From NCBI GenBank assembly GCA_977020255.1, contig CDROCS010000253.1, positions 3,596,001 through 3,660,000 of the forward strand: 64,000 bases of DNA, given 5' to 3'. Shown here piece after piece: positions 39,090 through 51,100 of the stretch. The notes under the pieces were generated by a model. It ran no database searches, was not told the DNA's origin, and saw nothing but the letters and a program-made list of their open reading frames with translations. Position 1 is the first letter of the stretch. Every line of letters starts with the position of its first letter. The position numbers and the translations under genes are program-made. Origin of the DNA: Obrimoposthia wandeli. Its lineage: Eukaryota.

Positions 39090-39680
39090 CTATTCGTTAT
39101 CGTCTTCACTAATACGACTAGCAACTGCACCTTTTTGATCTCTATATTTAGCATCTTCACGCTTGTTATAAGGGCGTGCGGCGCTAGATGACATAGTTTC
39201 AAAGTTTAATGCTGCTATTTTCATTTTAGGACGCAGCGCTAACGGTAATTTACCACTGTTATAAAACTCTAATACTATTTGACCTGACCAGCCTGGATCA
39301 ATACGGTGCGCCGTTACATGAACCATTAAACCTAAACGCGCTAATGAAGAACGACCATCAAGCCAACCAACAATATTGTCAGGCAATGTCACTGATTCAA
39401 GCGTTACTGCCAATGCCAACTCTCCTGGATGTAAAAAGAAAGCATCACCATCCGCTATATGAATTTCATCACTCATAATCGCATTCATGGCTGCTTGTAC
39501 TTCAGCTTTTGGCGCACTTAAATCAATATACGGAGCGGTATGATCTTGAAAAACTCTAAATTCATTACCCAAACGAATATCAACACTAACGCCTGAGATC
39601 ATTGAACTGTCAGGTTTTGGCTCAATAATGATTTTGTCATCATCAAGGTATTGTTCTATATCTTTATCACATAATCTCAT
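39090..39680 (-). CDS. dcd: dCTP deaminase
   Basis: [29 protein letters not shown]. Confidence 0.97.
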   Translation of the reverse strand: MRLCDKDIEQYLDDDKIIIEPKPDSSMISGVSVDIRLGNEFRVFQDHTAPYIDLSAPKAEVQAAMNAIMSDEIHIADGDAFFLHPGELALAVTLESVTLPDNIVGWLDGRSSLARLGLMVHVTAHRIDPGWSGQIVLEFYNSGKLPLALRPKMKIAALNFETMSSSAARPYNKREDAKYRDQKGAVASRISEDDNE

Positions 39681-39733
39681 AATGGCTTGTCTTTACCTTA
39701 GTTTACATTCGGTTGCGTTTAAACCTTTCTGGT

Positions 39734-40903
39734 TTAAGTTCGCGTTGTTATTGTTGCTGTGAGCGGGCTGGCCGTGTCACACTGTAAAAATAATTGCGCC
39801 GAAACATTTCGGGCTATTTTACGGTAATGATTAGCTATTTCACCAGCGCTATTTTCAATTATGTCCGATTCACCAAAATCAGCATCTTGGCGAATAGCAA
39901 TATCTAAAGGTAATTGTCCCAATAGATGTGTTTCATGATCTTGTGCCATATGTTTGCCACCAGACTCACCAAAGATATGACTTTGATGACCGCAGTTTTC
40001 GCACAGGTGATAACTCATATTCTCGACAATGCCTAATACCGGCACTTTCACCTTGTCGAACATGGCAATACCTTTAACCGCATCAATTAAAGCGATATCT
40101 TGTGGTGTGGTAACTATCACGGCGGCTGCAACGGGTACTTTTTGCGCTAAGGTCAATTGAATATCTCCCGTGCCAGGCGGCATATCAATAAGTAGATAAT
40201 CAAGTTCTGGCCAATCGGTTTCATTTAATAATTGACTAAAAGCAGAACTAGCCATGGGACCTCGCCAAACGGTGGCATCGGCTTCATCGACTAAAAAGCC
40301 AATTGACATAGCACTCAAACCTTTCGCATTGAGCGGAGTCATCAGTTTACCATCATTAGAACTGGGCTTTTCATTCTTAAGACCTAACATCGAAGGAATT
40401 GATGGGCCGTATATATCCGCATCTAAAATCCCTACCCTAGCACCTTCAGCCATCAGAGCGTAAGCTAGGTTCACCGTAGTCGTTGACTTACCTACCCCAC
40501 CTTTACCTGAGGCTATGGCGATAATATTGGCAACCTTGCCTTGTGCGTTGCTTTCTTGCCCTTTCCCGAGAGAGAATTGACGCACGGGTTTTATCGCTAA
40601 CTCGACCTTAATGTTAACTGGGCAAGCTAAGTGCTCAGTTAACGTTTGCGCAAGCAAGTCTAATTCGCCTTGGCAGACAAATGGCATAATAAGATTGATA
40701 GTGATTTTTTTATTTTGCGAATTTTTGTTTTGAGAGATGGTTAACTGCTGACAAACAGCTAATACACCTTGTGGAAAATTATCTGAAATATAATGCGTTA
40801 ATGACTCTTTAATTAGCTGTTCAATTTCAGCGGCATTCAGTGTTTCACTGTTTGATTTTACGTCAGTTTTAGACGATTTTTTCGAGAAAATGTTACCAAA
40901 CAT
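39734..40903 (-). CDS. apbC: Iron-sulfur cluster carrier ApbC/Mrp
   Basis: GKGGVGKST, DADIYGPS, VWRGPM, DMPPGTGD, CENCG. Confidence 0.95.
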   Translation of the reverse strand: MFGNIFSKKSSKTDVKSNSETLNAAEIEQLIKESLTHYISDNFPQGVLAVCQQLTISQNKNSQNKKITINLIMPFVCQGELDLLAQTLTEHLACPVNIKVELAIKPVRQFSLGKGQESNAQGKVANIIAIASGKGGVGKSTTTVNLAYALMAEGARVGILDADIYGPSIPSMLGLKNEKPSSNDGKLMTPLNAKGLSAMSIGFLVDEADATVWRGPMASSAFSQLLNETDWPELDYLLIDMPPGTGDIQLTLAQKVPVAAAVIVTTPQDIALIDAVKGIAMFDKVKVPVLGIVENMSYHLCENCGHQSHIFGESGGKHMAQDHETHLLGQLPLDIAIRQDADFGESDIIENSAGEIANHYRKIARNVSAQLFLQCDTASPLTATITTRT

Positions 40904-41021
40904 AATACTTGGGAGACCTTTATAAGAGAAATAACAAAATTAGTTGCATTCAACTAATGAAAAGCATTGCTAAATTCTGTACTATTGCCGACATTATTAC
41001 CATCAAAAACAACTATTTTTC

Positions 41022-43175
41022 ATGTCTGAATCTACTTTATCTGAAACTACATCAAACGCTGCATCGCATTCTTTACCAGAAAAGCGCAAAATTCTAGTTA
41101 CTTGTGCCCTGCCTTATGCCAATGGTTCTATCCATTTAGGCCATATGCTAGAGCACATTCAAACCGATATTTGGGTACGTTTTCAACGAATGCGTGGACA
41201 TGAAACCTATTTTGTCTGTGCTGATGATGCTCATGGCACACCGATTATGCTTAAAGCGCAAGAGCTTGGCATCACACCAGAAGAAATGATCAAAGGTGTG
41301 CGTGAAGAGCGTATCAAAGAATTTAGTGATTTCCACATTAGCTTTGATAATTACCACACAACGCATAGTGATGAAAACAAAGAGTACTCTGAAAGAATAT
41401 ACAACAGTTTACATGCGAAAGGTCATATTAAAACCCGCACTATTTCTCAGTTATATGACCCTGAAAAAGGCATGTTCTTAGCTGACCGATTTGTTAAAGG
41501 TACTTGTCCAAAATGTAAAAGTGAAGATGAAAATGGTGATAGCTGTGACAACTGTGGTGCGACTTATTCACCAACAGAAGTACTTAATCCACGTTCAGCT
41601 ATTTCAGGTGCTACACCGATATTAAAAGATTCTGAACATTACTTCTTTGACTTACCTGCTTTTGAAACCATGTTAGCAGACTGGATACGCAGTGGTACAT
41701 TGCAAGAAGAAGTAGCGAATAAGCTGACTGAATGGTTCGAACAAGGCTTAAAACAGTGGGATATTAGCCGTGACGCGCCTTATTTTGGTTTTGAAATCCC
41801 TAATGCGCCAGGTAAATTCTTCTATGTTTGGTTAGACGCACCTATTGGTTATATGGGCAGTTTTAAAAACCTCTGTAATAAAGACGCCAGCATTGATTTT
41901 GACAGCTTTTGGAATAAAGATTCAGACGCCGAGCTATACCACTTTATCGGTAAAGACATTATTAACTTTCACAGTCTTTTTTGGCCAGCCATGTTAGAAG
42001 GCGCTGACTTCCGCAAACCTACGGCTGTTTTCGCTCATGGTTTTGTTACCGTTAACGGCGAAAAAATGTCTAAATCTAAAGGGACTTTTGTTAAAGCAAG
42101 TACCTATTTAGCGCATTTAAACCCTGAATACTTACGTTATTACTACGCGACTAAATTAACGCACAAAATTGATGACTTAGATTTAAATCTTGAAGATTTC
42201 GTCCAACGCGTTAACTCTGATTTAGTGGGTAAAGTGGTTAATATCGCTTCTCGTTGTGCCAGTTTTATCACCAAACGTTTTGATGGCATGTTATCAACTA
42301 ACATTGATGATCAAGCCCTAGCAGATGAAGTAATGGCTGCAGGCGATAGTATTGCTGCCCATTATGAAGCACGTGATTTTGGTCGTGGTATGCGCGAAAT
42401 CATGGCACTTGCTGATAAAGTAAATGAATATATCGCCATTAAAGAACCATGGCAGCTGGTTAAAGACGAAACTAAGCAACAAGAGGTACAAGATATTTGT
42501 TCTCTTGGTATCAACATGTTCCGTACTTTAATGATCTACTTAAAACCGGTATTGCCTGTACTTGCCGATAGTACTGCTGCTTTCTTAAATGATGAACTCG
42601 TTTGGGATGGACACAAAACCTTATTAACTGACCATAAGATAAATAAATTCAAAGCGTTATTACAACGTGTTGATATGGATAAAGTTAATGCCATGACTGA
42701 TGCTTCAAAAGACAGTTTAGGTGGCGCTGAAGCAGAAGAAGAGAAAAAACCTGCCAAGAAAAAGAAAGCAGCAAAACCGAGTAAAGTAGTTGATAACTCA
42801 GCTGCACTTGCTGATCCTTTAGCAGCTGACCCGATTTCTGAAGAAATTCAATTTGATGATTTTGCTAAAATTGATTTACGCATCGTTAAAATCATTAATG
42901 CTGAACATGTTGAAAAGGCTGATAAATTAATACAGCTAACCTTAGCACTTAATGAAGAAGGTACGGAAACTCGTCAAGTTTTCGCCGGCATTAAGTCAGC
43001 CTACAACCCAGAAGATTTAATCGGTAAGCATACTGTCATGGTTGCTAATTTAGCGCCACGTAAAATGCGTTTTGGCATGTCTGAAGGTATGGTATTAGCG
43101 GCTGGCCCTGGCGATAAAGATTTATGGATATTAAATCCAGATGATGGCGCCATAGCAGGTATGCGCGTTAAATAA
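41022..43175 (+). CDS. metG: Methionyl-tRNA synthetase
   Basis: [11 protein letters not shown] (HIGH), KMSKS, zinc knuckle, C-terminal tRNA-binding domain. Confidence 0.98.
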   Translation: MSESTLSETTSNAASHSLPEKRKILVTCALPYANGSIHLGHMLEHIQTDIWVRFQRMRGHETYFVCADDAHGTPIMLKAQELGITPEEMIKGVREERIKEFSDFHISFDNYHTTHSDENKEYSERIYNSLHAKGHIKTRTISQLYDPEKGMFLADRFVKGTCPKCKSEDENGDSCDNCGATYSPTEVLNPRSAISGATPILKDSEHYFFDLPAFETMLADWIRSGTLQEEVANKLTEWFEQGLKQWDISRDAPYFGFEIPNAPGKFFYVWLDAPIGYMGSFKNLCNKDASIDFDSFWNKDSDAELYHFIGKDIINFHSLFWPAMLEGADFRKPTAVFAHGFVTVNGEKMSKSKGTFVKASTYLAHLNPEYLRYYYATKLTHKIDDLDLNLEDFVQRVNSDLVGKVVNIASRCASFITKRFDGMLSTNIDDQALADEVMAAGDSIAAHYEARDFGRGMREIMALADKVNEYIAIKEPWQLVKDETKQQEVQDICSLGINMFRTLMIYLKPVLPVLADSTAAFLNDELVWDGHKTLLTDHKINKFKALLQRVDMDKVNAMTDASKDSLGGAEAEEEKKPAKKKKAAKPSKVVDNSAALADPLAADPISEEIQFDDFAKIDLRIVKIINAEHVEKADKLIQLTLALNEEGTETRQVFAGIKSAYNPEDLIGKHTVMVANLAPRKMRFGMSEGMVLAAGPGDKDLWILNPDDGAIAGMRVK

Positions 43176-43206
43176 TATTTCGTGCTTAATACTTTGATCT
43201 AAAAAC

Positions 43207-43238
43207 AAAAAGGTATAGTTATTGACTATGCCTTTTTT
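43207..43238 (+). terminator. Terminator after metG
   Basis: AAAAAGGTATAGT-TATTG-ACTATGCCTTTTTT. Confidence 0.75.
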
Positions 43239-43256
43239 ATTATCTGTAACTTTATA

Positions 43257-43700
43257 ATGAACACCAAAGGAAATTGTATGAGCTTTACCTCTACCCCTAA
43301 AATACCTTTAAAAGTATTGCTAGCGATTACTATCCTCACATCCATGCTTGCTGGATGTAGCGGTAACTATACTTTTGAAAGTAATGTAAAAGCTGAAAAT
43401 TCCAAGGAATATTTTAGTGCCAGTAAAGTTAAAATATTTAATGACGAGCAAGATTTTAACGTAAATTATCAATATGTAGGTTTGGTTGAAGGGGAAGATT
43501 GCCAAAAAGAGCAACACCTTGCCGCACCCGATGTAATTAATGCACGTACCCAAGCAAGACAAGCCGCTTATTTACAACAAGCTAATGCCATTATTTTTAC
43601 CAATTGTATCGATATAGAAACCAAGCATTGTGTAGCACAAGTTGTTTGTTATGGTAAAGCTTACCGATTAGGTGATCCCGACAAGAAATTAGAGCAATAA
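43257..43700 (+). CDS. rcsF: RcsF-like outer-membrane lipoprotein
   Basis: Lipobox LAGC, four further Cys, GLVEGEDCQ; rcsF-tsaA synteny. Start may be the ATG near 43278. Confidence 0.72.
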   Translation: MNTKGNCMSFTSTPKIPLKVLLAITILTSMLAGCSGNYTFESNVKAENSKEYFSASKVKIFNDEQDFNVNYQYVGLVEGEDCQKEQHLAAPDVINARTQARQAAYLQQANAIIFTNCIDIETKHCVAQVVCYGKAYRLGDPDKKLEQ

Positions 43701-43701
43701 C

Positions 43702-44448
43702 ATGTCAAACACATACGAATCCCCTCATGATGTACAAATTTTTAAATTTGATGCCATAGCCGTTATTGAGTCACCCTATCAAGAAAAATTTGCCATACCT
43801 CGCCAGCCAAACTTGGTCAGTGCAGCAAAAGGTAAGGTAGTACTCGTTGGTGATACCAATAATCATGAGCTGGTTCGAGATATTGAACAGTTTAGCCACT
43901 TGTGGTTACTGTTTGTGTTTCATGGCACACAAGAGCAAGGGTGGAAACCGTTAGTACGGCCACCTCGCCTTGGCGGCAATGTAAAAACAGGTGTACTAGC
44001 AACCCGCTCAACTTTTCGGCCAAACCCAATTGGTATGTCCGTAGTGAAACTCGATAAGGTTGTGACAGAAAAAAAGCAAACCATTTTGCATATCTCTGGC
44101 TTGGACTTATTAAATGGCACGCCTATTATCGATGTAAAGCCTTATGTGCCATATTCTGACTCAATCCCCCTTGCCAATGGCGGCTTCGCACAAACTGAGC
44201 CTGAAGCTAAATTAACCGTAGTATTTAGTCAAAAATCCCACACTGATTTAACTCAACACCAACAGGCGTACCCTGAGTTAGCTTTATTCATTGAGCAAGT
44301 ATTAGCTCAAGATCCTCGACCGGCCTATAAACAAAGTAAAGCTGATGATAAAATTTATGGCATGAGCTTATATGACTTAAATATCCAATGGCAATTGATC
44401 ACATTGGATACCGTATTAGTACTGAATATTACTCAAGTAACCAAGTGA
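43702..44448 (+). CDS. tsaA: tRNA N6-methyltransferase TrmO/TsaA
   Basis: KFAIPRQP, VRPPRLGGN, GVLATRSTFRPNPIG, DPRPAY. Confidence 0.94.
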   Translation: MSNTYESPHDVQIFKFDAIAVIESPYQEKFAIPRQPNLVSAAKGKVVLVGDTNNHELVRDIEQFSHLWLLFVFHGTQEQGWKPLVRPPRLGGNVKTGVLATRSTFRPNPIGMSVVKLDKVVTEKKQTILHISGLDLLNGTPIIDVKPYVPYSDSIPLANGGFAQTEPEAKLTVVFSQKSHTDLTQHQQAYPELALFIEQVLAQDPRPAYKQSKADDKIYGMSLYDLNIQWQLITLDTVLVLNITQVTK

Positions 44449-44529
44449 TAAAGCAATAAAGTGGCTTTGCCCTTTTTTGCTAAGCACTCGATAAGTTAAC
44501 ATCAGCTAACATCAGTAAAAGAGATAACC

Positions 44530-45177
44530 ATGAGCCAGTATATTATTAACAAAACAGTCTCGATTAACAACGCGACGAGCTTTATCCCTGATTGGCAAGC
44601 AATAGATGCCATAGAAATTAATCACTTCCCATGGTACCAAGGGGGTAAAAAGCAAAAAACACAAGTAAAGCTGACTGCAAATAACGAGACTTTATTCATC
44701 CAGATAATTGCACAAGACCAATACAGCTTCGCCAAACAAACCGAACTAAACAACATGCTCGTATGTGAAGATTCCTGTGTCGAATTTTTCTTTAGCCCTA
44801 GTGGTAAGTTGGGCAGTAGTTACGTTAACTTAGAAGTGAATTGCTGTGGCACACTTCACCTCGCTTATGGTGAAGGACGTGATAATCGTCAATTTATCAG
44901 CCTTGAAGCTGCGAGTTTAATCCAACGTAAAAGCAGTATTACCTCACCAGTTAAAATAGAAAGTGAACATGATCATGAATGGTGTGTTGAAATAGCACTA
45001 CCCTTTGCAGCAATTGAGCAACTAACTAGTGAAAGCGTGAATAAAGCTAAGTGGTTCGCCAACTTCTATCGTTGTGGCGGTAGAACAGAGCCACAATACG
45101 CGGTATGGCATAATATTGATGTTCCAGAGCCTGATTATCATCGACCTGAATACTTTGGCGAATTAGTGTTTATCTAA
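44530..45177 (+). CDS. CBM9-like (carbohydrate-binding family 9-like) protein
   Basis: EDSCVEFF, YVNLEVNCCG, ANFYRCG, DYHRPEYFG pattern; no signal peptide. Confidence 0.75.
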   Translation: MSQYIINKTVSINNATSFIPDWQAIDAIEINHFPWYQGGKKQKTQVKLTANNETLFIQIIAQDQYSFAKQTELNNMLVCEDSCVEFFFSPSGKLGSSYVNLEVNCCGTLHLAYGEGRDNRQFISLEAASLIQRKSSITSPVKIESEHDHEWCVEIALPFAAIEQLTSESVNKAKWFANFYRCGGRTEPQYAVWHNIDVPEPDYHRPEYFGELVFI

Positions 45178-45243
45178 CGCCTCTACTAATTATATCTAAA
45201 AAGCAAAAGTTGATAAGGGTGGTTCCTTACCGCAATGGTTTTA

Positions 45244-45828
45244 TTAGAACAATGGCTTCCTTGCAATAATCTGGGCAATAGCTTGTTTTCCTGATGCATT
45301 ATTAACATCAGCATTTTTTGCATCAATGACGCCTTCAAAACTATCGATAATATGCCAATCAGAAAAGAGTTCAGCCAACTCACCATGATTTAATAAAAAA
45401 TTAGGATTTTTGGGTCGGCCAAATTGTGGCTGATCTACGGTAAAGGTTTCATAAACAACATAACCACCCGGAATAACAGCTTGCTTGATTTGTTCAAATA
45501 GAGGTCGGTGTAAATAACGAAAAACGATAATCGCTGAAAAGGACTTACCCGCCAAAGGCTTTAACTCCTCTTGTTCAAAACTGTCTTGCTCAAAATCAAC
45601 TTGCCAAAAGTCCGCCATTGATTTTTCTTCGCAATGATGACGAGTTACGGTACGTTCAACCTGCTCTAGAGTCGACTCTTTTATATCAGCAAAAATTACA
45701 GGGATGTTTTGATTTACCAGGTAAAGTCCATTTCTGCCACTACCACAGGCAAGATCAAGCACTGGCGCTTGCATATTTGCTTTATGTAATAACTCAATAG
45801 CTTTTTCTAATAACGGGGAGTGACTCAA
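45244..45828 (-). CDS. Class I SAM-dependent methyltransferase (TehB-like)
   Basis: VLDLACGSGRNG, IIVFRYLHR, NPNFLL; TTG start. Confidence 0.85.
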   Translation of the reverse strand: MSHSPLLEKAIELLHKANMQAPVLDLACGSGRNGLYLVNQNIPVIFADIKESTLEQVERTVTRHHCEEKSMADFWQVDFEQDSFEQEELKPLAGKSFSAIIVFRYLHRPLFEQIKQAVIPGGYVVYETFTVDQPQFGRPKNPNFLLNHGELAELFSDWHIIDSFEGVIDAKNADVNNASGKQAIAQIIARKPLF

Positions 45829-45960
45829 TTGAAGCTATCCTTTGGTGTCGTTTAATGAGGTAATTTTTCTACCATGAACAAATGAATAATAACGCACCGA
45901 ACTTGGTGCATGGGAGATCATGCCTGAGATAATAATTATCGCAACTAAACCATGCCAAGC

Positions 45961-46275
45961 ATATACCCGTTACCATTCAAAGTGCTTGATTTCAGTGGGA
46001 GCTAAAAATGATTTAGGTAAGGCATTTATTATAAACAATGGTTGTTCCCTTGTTCAAATGAATAACGCCACTTAAATCGTTTTTAACCCCATCGAAGAAG
46101 TGCTTGAGCAACACCACTACGTCGTTTCGCCTCTTTGTAAGGACGCTACATGGATGTAGCTTCTTAGAGAATGCAGGAGCACATTCTCCTGAATAACCAT
46201 TACTACATAGGCGCGCCTTGTATCGGAATTGCTCAAGCACTCTGAAACATGCATCTTGATTGGCAACGGGTATAT
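45961..46275. mobile_element. 315-bp composite MITE/ERIC-like element
   Basis: Imperfect 25-bp TIRs ATATACCCGTTACCATTCAAAGTGC / GCATCTTGATTGGCAACGGGTATAT enclosing two palindromic modules; no transposase. Confidence 0.7.
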
Positions 46276-46425
46276 TCATCAAAAAAGAAAACACAGGTAA
46301 GCAGCGTCAATTTAATGTACATAGCAAGCGCTCTGATTTGTACAAACCAGACAAAGTTCGATATAGAATGACTATACCTACACAAACTTTATTTGGTCTT
46401 AAGTGACCTATTAAAATCAAAAAAT

Positions 46426-46456
46426 CGCTAAGTAGTTTAACTACTTAGCGCTTTTT
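46426..46456. terminator. Hairpin downstream of slyD
   Basis: CGCTAAGTAGT-TTA-ACTACTTAGCG flanked by A and T tracts. Confidence 0.7.
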
Positions 46457-46506
46457 ATTTAGTCTTTATTCAGCCGTAACAACGGCTAATTAATATCTAA
46501 TGCATT

Positions 46507-47010
46507 CTAATGATCGTGACCACAGCTGCTATCAGCACTGTGAACATGTCCATGTGTTACTTCTTCTTCAGTCGCTTCACGTACATCAACTATTTCAATA
46601 TCAAAGGTCAGTACTTTACCCGCTAATGGTGGGTTAATATCAACAGTAACCATAAATTTACCCACTTTTAGTACGGTAACTTGGCGTTGACCAGCGTCAG
46701 TTTGTACTGCCGCAGTCATGCCTTTTTTCCATTTAGCATTTTTGCTGACTAAACCGTGTAAGTGTTTAACAGGTACACGTTGCTCTAAGCCTTCTTGATA
46801 AGGACCGTAAGCGTCTTCTGGTTGTAAAGTTACTGAAAACTTCTCGCCTCTACTTTTACCCGTTAAAGCTACTTCTAAACCAGGTAAAGTGTTGTTAGCG
46901 CCATGTAGATAAGTTAAAGGCTCATGACCGCCTGATGACTCTATTTCTTCACCTGCTTCATTTTTAAGGGTGTAGTGAAAGTGAGCAACAGTTTTTTCAG
47001 CAATTTTCAT
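46507..47010 (-). CDS. slyD: FKBP-type peptidyl-prolyl isomerase SlyD
   Basis: PLTYLHG, PEDAYG, PLAGKVLTFDIEI, His-rich tail HGHVH...CGHDH. Confidence 0.93.
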   Translation of the reverse strand: MKIAEKTVAHFHYTLKNEAGEEIESSGGHEPLTYLHGANNTLPGLEVALTGKSRGEKFSVTLQPEDAYGPYQEGLEQRVPVKHLHGLVSKNAKWKKGMTAAVQTDAGQRQVTVLKVGKFMVTVDINPPLAGKVLTFDIEIVDVREATEEEVTHGHVHSADSSCGHDH

Positions 47011-47167
47011 AGTAATCTCTTCTTTAGTACTTTTGTTAATATTTAGGTTTAATATTTATGTAGATACTCGTGTGAGTAAAAATAATATTCAATGTTATGT
47101 TGAGCATAATACCTTGCTTTACCGAGTAATCAAGTCTATTTGACACCATACGTTTATGACCATACTT

Positions 47168-48067
47168 TTACGACCATAGTAGTAAGATAACTACACTTAA
47201 AACAATCAGGAACATACCGAAGTATTCTTTTAAAGTGATCGTCTCTTTAAACACACGATAAGTTAATGCCAAGGTAATAAAAAACTCAACCTGTCCCAAT
47301 GCTTTTACATAAGCGGCATTTTGATAACTCGCCGCAGTAAACCAACCGATTGAGCCTAATACACTGGTAATGCCAACAAATAAACATAACCGCCAGTGTT
47401 TAAACATTAGCGGTAGTTGTGATTTATCTTGGAGATAAACATAAATGAGTGAAATAAAGGACTGCACTGTGATCATAAACACCAAGGTGACTGCAGCACT
47501 GACCATTAAATCAGTGTTGAGTGCCAAGCTAGATTCACGAATAAGTAAGGTGGTAATAGCTAAACCAAGGCCGGCGGCTAAACCATAACCCATACCAATA
47601 AGACCTTGTGAATCCGCCAACATATCTTTTAGGCTAAACCTCACTTTAGACACTAAAAATACCCCAACAACACCGACAACCACACTAAACCAACCTAAGC
47701 CAGAAAGTGTCGCACCGAACAGCAAAGCGCCAACAATGGCCACTTGAATAGCCTCTGTTTTAGCTAAACTGGTGGCAACAGCAAAGTTACGGTAGCGAAA
47801 TGCGGCGACTAAACACGCGGTTCCCCCTATTTGCATCACACAAGCAATTAAGGCGTATTGCAAAAATGCGTTATTGAGTGCTGGTACTGCTACCTCTCTA
47901 AAATCAAGCATCCACCAGAGGTATGCCCAGGCAAAAGGTAAGGCAAAAAAATAGCGAACACCCGTAGTTGCCATTGAATTGAGCTTAGCCGATAACTGTT
48001 TTTGTCCTGCGGTTCTTACCGCCTGCATTGTCGCGGCGAGTAAAGTGAAGTAAATCCAAATGTCCAA
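47168..48067 (-). CDS. DMT/EamA-family transporter
   Basis: About 10 TM segments; NFAVATSLAKTE, AAYVKALGQVE. Confidence 0.85.
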   Translation of the reverse strand: MDIWIYFTLLAATMQAVRTAGQKQLSAKLNSMATTGVRYFFALPFAWAYLWWMLDFREVAVPALNNAFLQYALIACVMQIGGTACLVAAFRYRNFAVATSLAKTEAIQVAIVGALLFGATLSGLGWFSVVVGVVGVFLVSKVRFSLKDMLADSQGLIGMGYGLAAGLGLAITTLLIRESSLALNTDLMVSAAVTLVFMITVQSFISLIYVYLQDKSQLPLMFKHWRLCLFVGITSVLGSIGWFTAASYQNAAYVKALGQVEFFITLALTYRVFKETITLKEYFGMFLIVLSVVILLLWS

Positions 48068-48122
48068 AAATATATCCTTATGTTACTCGTTAGGCGGTAG
48101 CTTATACTGTTAGGCTGTACAG

Positions 48123-51100
48123 TTAGTTAACGGTTTCAGCATGAAACTCATACTGTTTATCTAAGCTGCTGATCCCAAGGCCACTGAGTTTTTTGACTTT
48201 AATTTGCACACCAATACGTTCTTTTAATGCATCAACATGGCTGATCACACCAATCATTTTGCCACTAGCGTTTAAGTTATCGAGGGCATCAAGTGCGACT
48301 TCAAGGGTATTGTTATCTAAGGTACCAAAGCCTTCATCGAGGAATAAAGAATCTATACTGGTTTTATTGCTGACTAAATCTGACAGTGCTAACGCTAACG
48401 CCAAACTTATCAAGAAACTTTCGCCACCTGATAACGTTTTAATGTCTCGCGCAGTATCTCCCTGCCACGTATCAACAACTTCTAATGCTAAGGTATCGCT
48501 TTGTTGACATTGCAATTGATATCGACCAAATAGTCGCTCTAACTGCGCATTGGCTAGGTGTACCAAATTGCTTAACGTTAGACCTTGAGCAAAACGTCTA
48601 AATTTAGCACCATCAGCTGAGCCAATCAGAGCATTAAGATGGCTAAGATCATCTAAAGCAAGTTGCGCTTGTTTGATTTGCTCAAGCAAAGATTGTTGTT
48701 GAATTTTATTGGCTTTATCATGGCTGATTTGTTGGCTGAATTGACCTGTTTTTTGCTGACACTGCTTTAACGATTCTGACAAGTTGATTAGCGTCGTTGC
48801 AACAGATTCACCGTCAAAATCAATGGCACCACTTTCGCTCAGTATTACCTTTTGTTGACTCAACTCAAGCGCAACTTTTTCGCCTTGCGCAATCAATACT
48901 TTCGCGTGTTTTTTATTATCATTAATGTCGCTAGCAAGCTTGTGAAGTTGCTGCGCTTTTTCTGGGCTAATCAAGGCTAATAAGAAGTGTGCTTCATCGA
49001 GAAAGGTACTGGTAGCAAAGTGGTTTATCCAATCAGCTTTTACCGTGTCATTTTGTTTCAACAAATTCTCTAATTGCGAGTTAGCCGTGGTTAATTGACC
49101 TTTGTTAAGTTGTTGAACTGACATTTTCTCATTATGTTGGACATCAGCAATATTCAATGACATTTCGTTATCTTTGCGTTGTTTGCTGATATTTTCCCTC
49201 AAAATAGCAGTATCTTGCCTACTAACATCATCAAAACCAAGCTCAACAAACAAGGTAAGGCGTGATGCATTATTGATCGCTAGTTCACTTTCTTGCTGAC
49301 TACATTGTGTTTTTGTTTGCTTAAGCTGGCTTTGTTGCTGATCAACTTGTTGCTTTAACAAAGCCAAATTATTTTCAAGGCTTATTAACTGTTCTTGTGC
49401 TGCTTGATGGGTGTTAACAATACCTTGATATTCTTGTCCTTGTTCTAATACAACATTGAGCCAGTTTTCATCAATACCTATGTTTTGATATTGCTCACTA
49501 CTTTCACTCACTGGTAATGCTATTTTAGTTGCCGCGATATCTGCTACTAATTGTGCATTGAGGGCAGACATTGTTTGTTGTGTTAAGGCTAAGTCATTAA
49601 CAACTTTTATTTTAACATTGTGCTGAGCATTACCTTGCTCTTGTACCAATTGTAATTGACTCTGCTGAGTAGATAATTGCTTATCACAATGTATTATTTG
49701 TTCCGCGTTTTGTTGTTGAGTCTGGCTATTTTCTTGTAATTGTTGTTGTAAGGAAATGAGCTCTTCAAGCTGGTGCAATATTTCATTTAATTGGTTATTT
49801 AACGCTTGCTCCGCGTTACCCTTTTGTAATGAAAACTGCTGCTCATTTTGACCGTGGCCACTGTCTTTACTGCCATAATGATTAACATTTAACGATTGCC
49901 AATTTTGATCAATGCTCTGTTGTTCATTCTCTATACTTTGCCGACGATTTTGCTGCATAGCAAGTCGCTCAGTTAATTGCGCCTGCACGTTATTGAGCTG
50001 TTTACCCTGTGTTTCTAATATCGCTAATTCATCATTGAGTAGTGATAAGCGCTGTTGATGTTCATCACTATCCAACGCTTGATAATCATTAATTGCCGGA
50101 TGCTCAACTGAGCCGCACAAAGGACAAGCTTCTTCTGGTTGAAGTTTTACTCGGTGATCACTTAACGCCATAATAGTTTGTTGCTGAGCGAGCAACGTTT
50201 CTACATCTTTTTTCTGCTGTTTGGTAGCACTATAGCCATGTCGTAACTGTGTTAGCTCTTGCTCTGTTACGACGAGTTGTTGCTTGTCGTTTATTTGTTG
50301 TAGTGAAAGCGTTTGCTGCTCTTGTGCTAACACATGAAAACGCTGTGCTAGCTGCATAGCTTGCTTTAACGTTAACTGTTGGTTTTGCCTAGCAACGATG
50401 CCTTGATTAATTACAGCCGTTAACTCTTTTTCATTACACCCTGCATTGTTATTCGTGTCGTTAGCTAATATTTTTTGAGCCACTTGGCTGTGTTGCACAA
50501 GTTGTTGTACTTGCTCCGCCATCACTTGCTTTTGATTATTAAGTTGCTGTAATTGCCCTTCACTATCAGTAATCTGTTGCTGTTGTACCTGTTGCTGGGA
50601 CGTTAGCTCTACCAGTGTTTGTTCAACATTACTTTGATCTGTTAATAAGCGCTGCACACTGGCTTGCTGCACCGTTAATTGCTGATATTGACTTTGCCAG
50701 AGTGGTAATTTTTCAGGCAGCTGTTGTAACGATTGGCTCTTGGCTAAGTAGGTTTGTTGCTGCACAACCGTTGCTGATGCTTTTTGTTGCTCAACTTCAG
50801 CAGCTTTTAGCTTATCTGCATTATGATCGAGTGCTTGCTTTTGTGTCGCGACATTGTTATTTGTTTCGAGCAAAGTCGCTTTTTGATGATCGATAGTATG
50901 TTCAAGCGGCTGGATCTTGTCATGCAATACTTGCTCAATCACTTTACGCTGTGTTTCGGCCTCAACCTGACTGGTTTTTAGCTGTGTTAATGCTGCTTCA
51001 CTGGTTACAACAGCTTGGTCGAGTACGGCGAGTTGTTCGGTTTGCTTAGTCACTTGTTGCAAGGTTTGTTGATATTGCTCACGGTAGTGCACCATTTTTT

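Noticed and set aside
46013-46294. 93-aa minus-strand ORF
   Set aside because: Lies almost entirely inside the palindromic MITE; no transposase or other motif.
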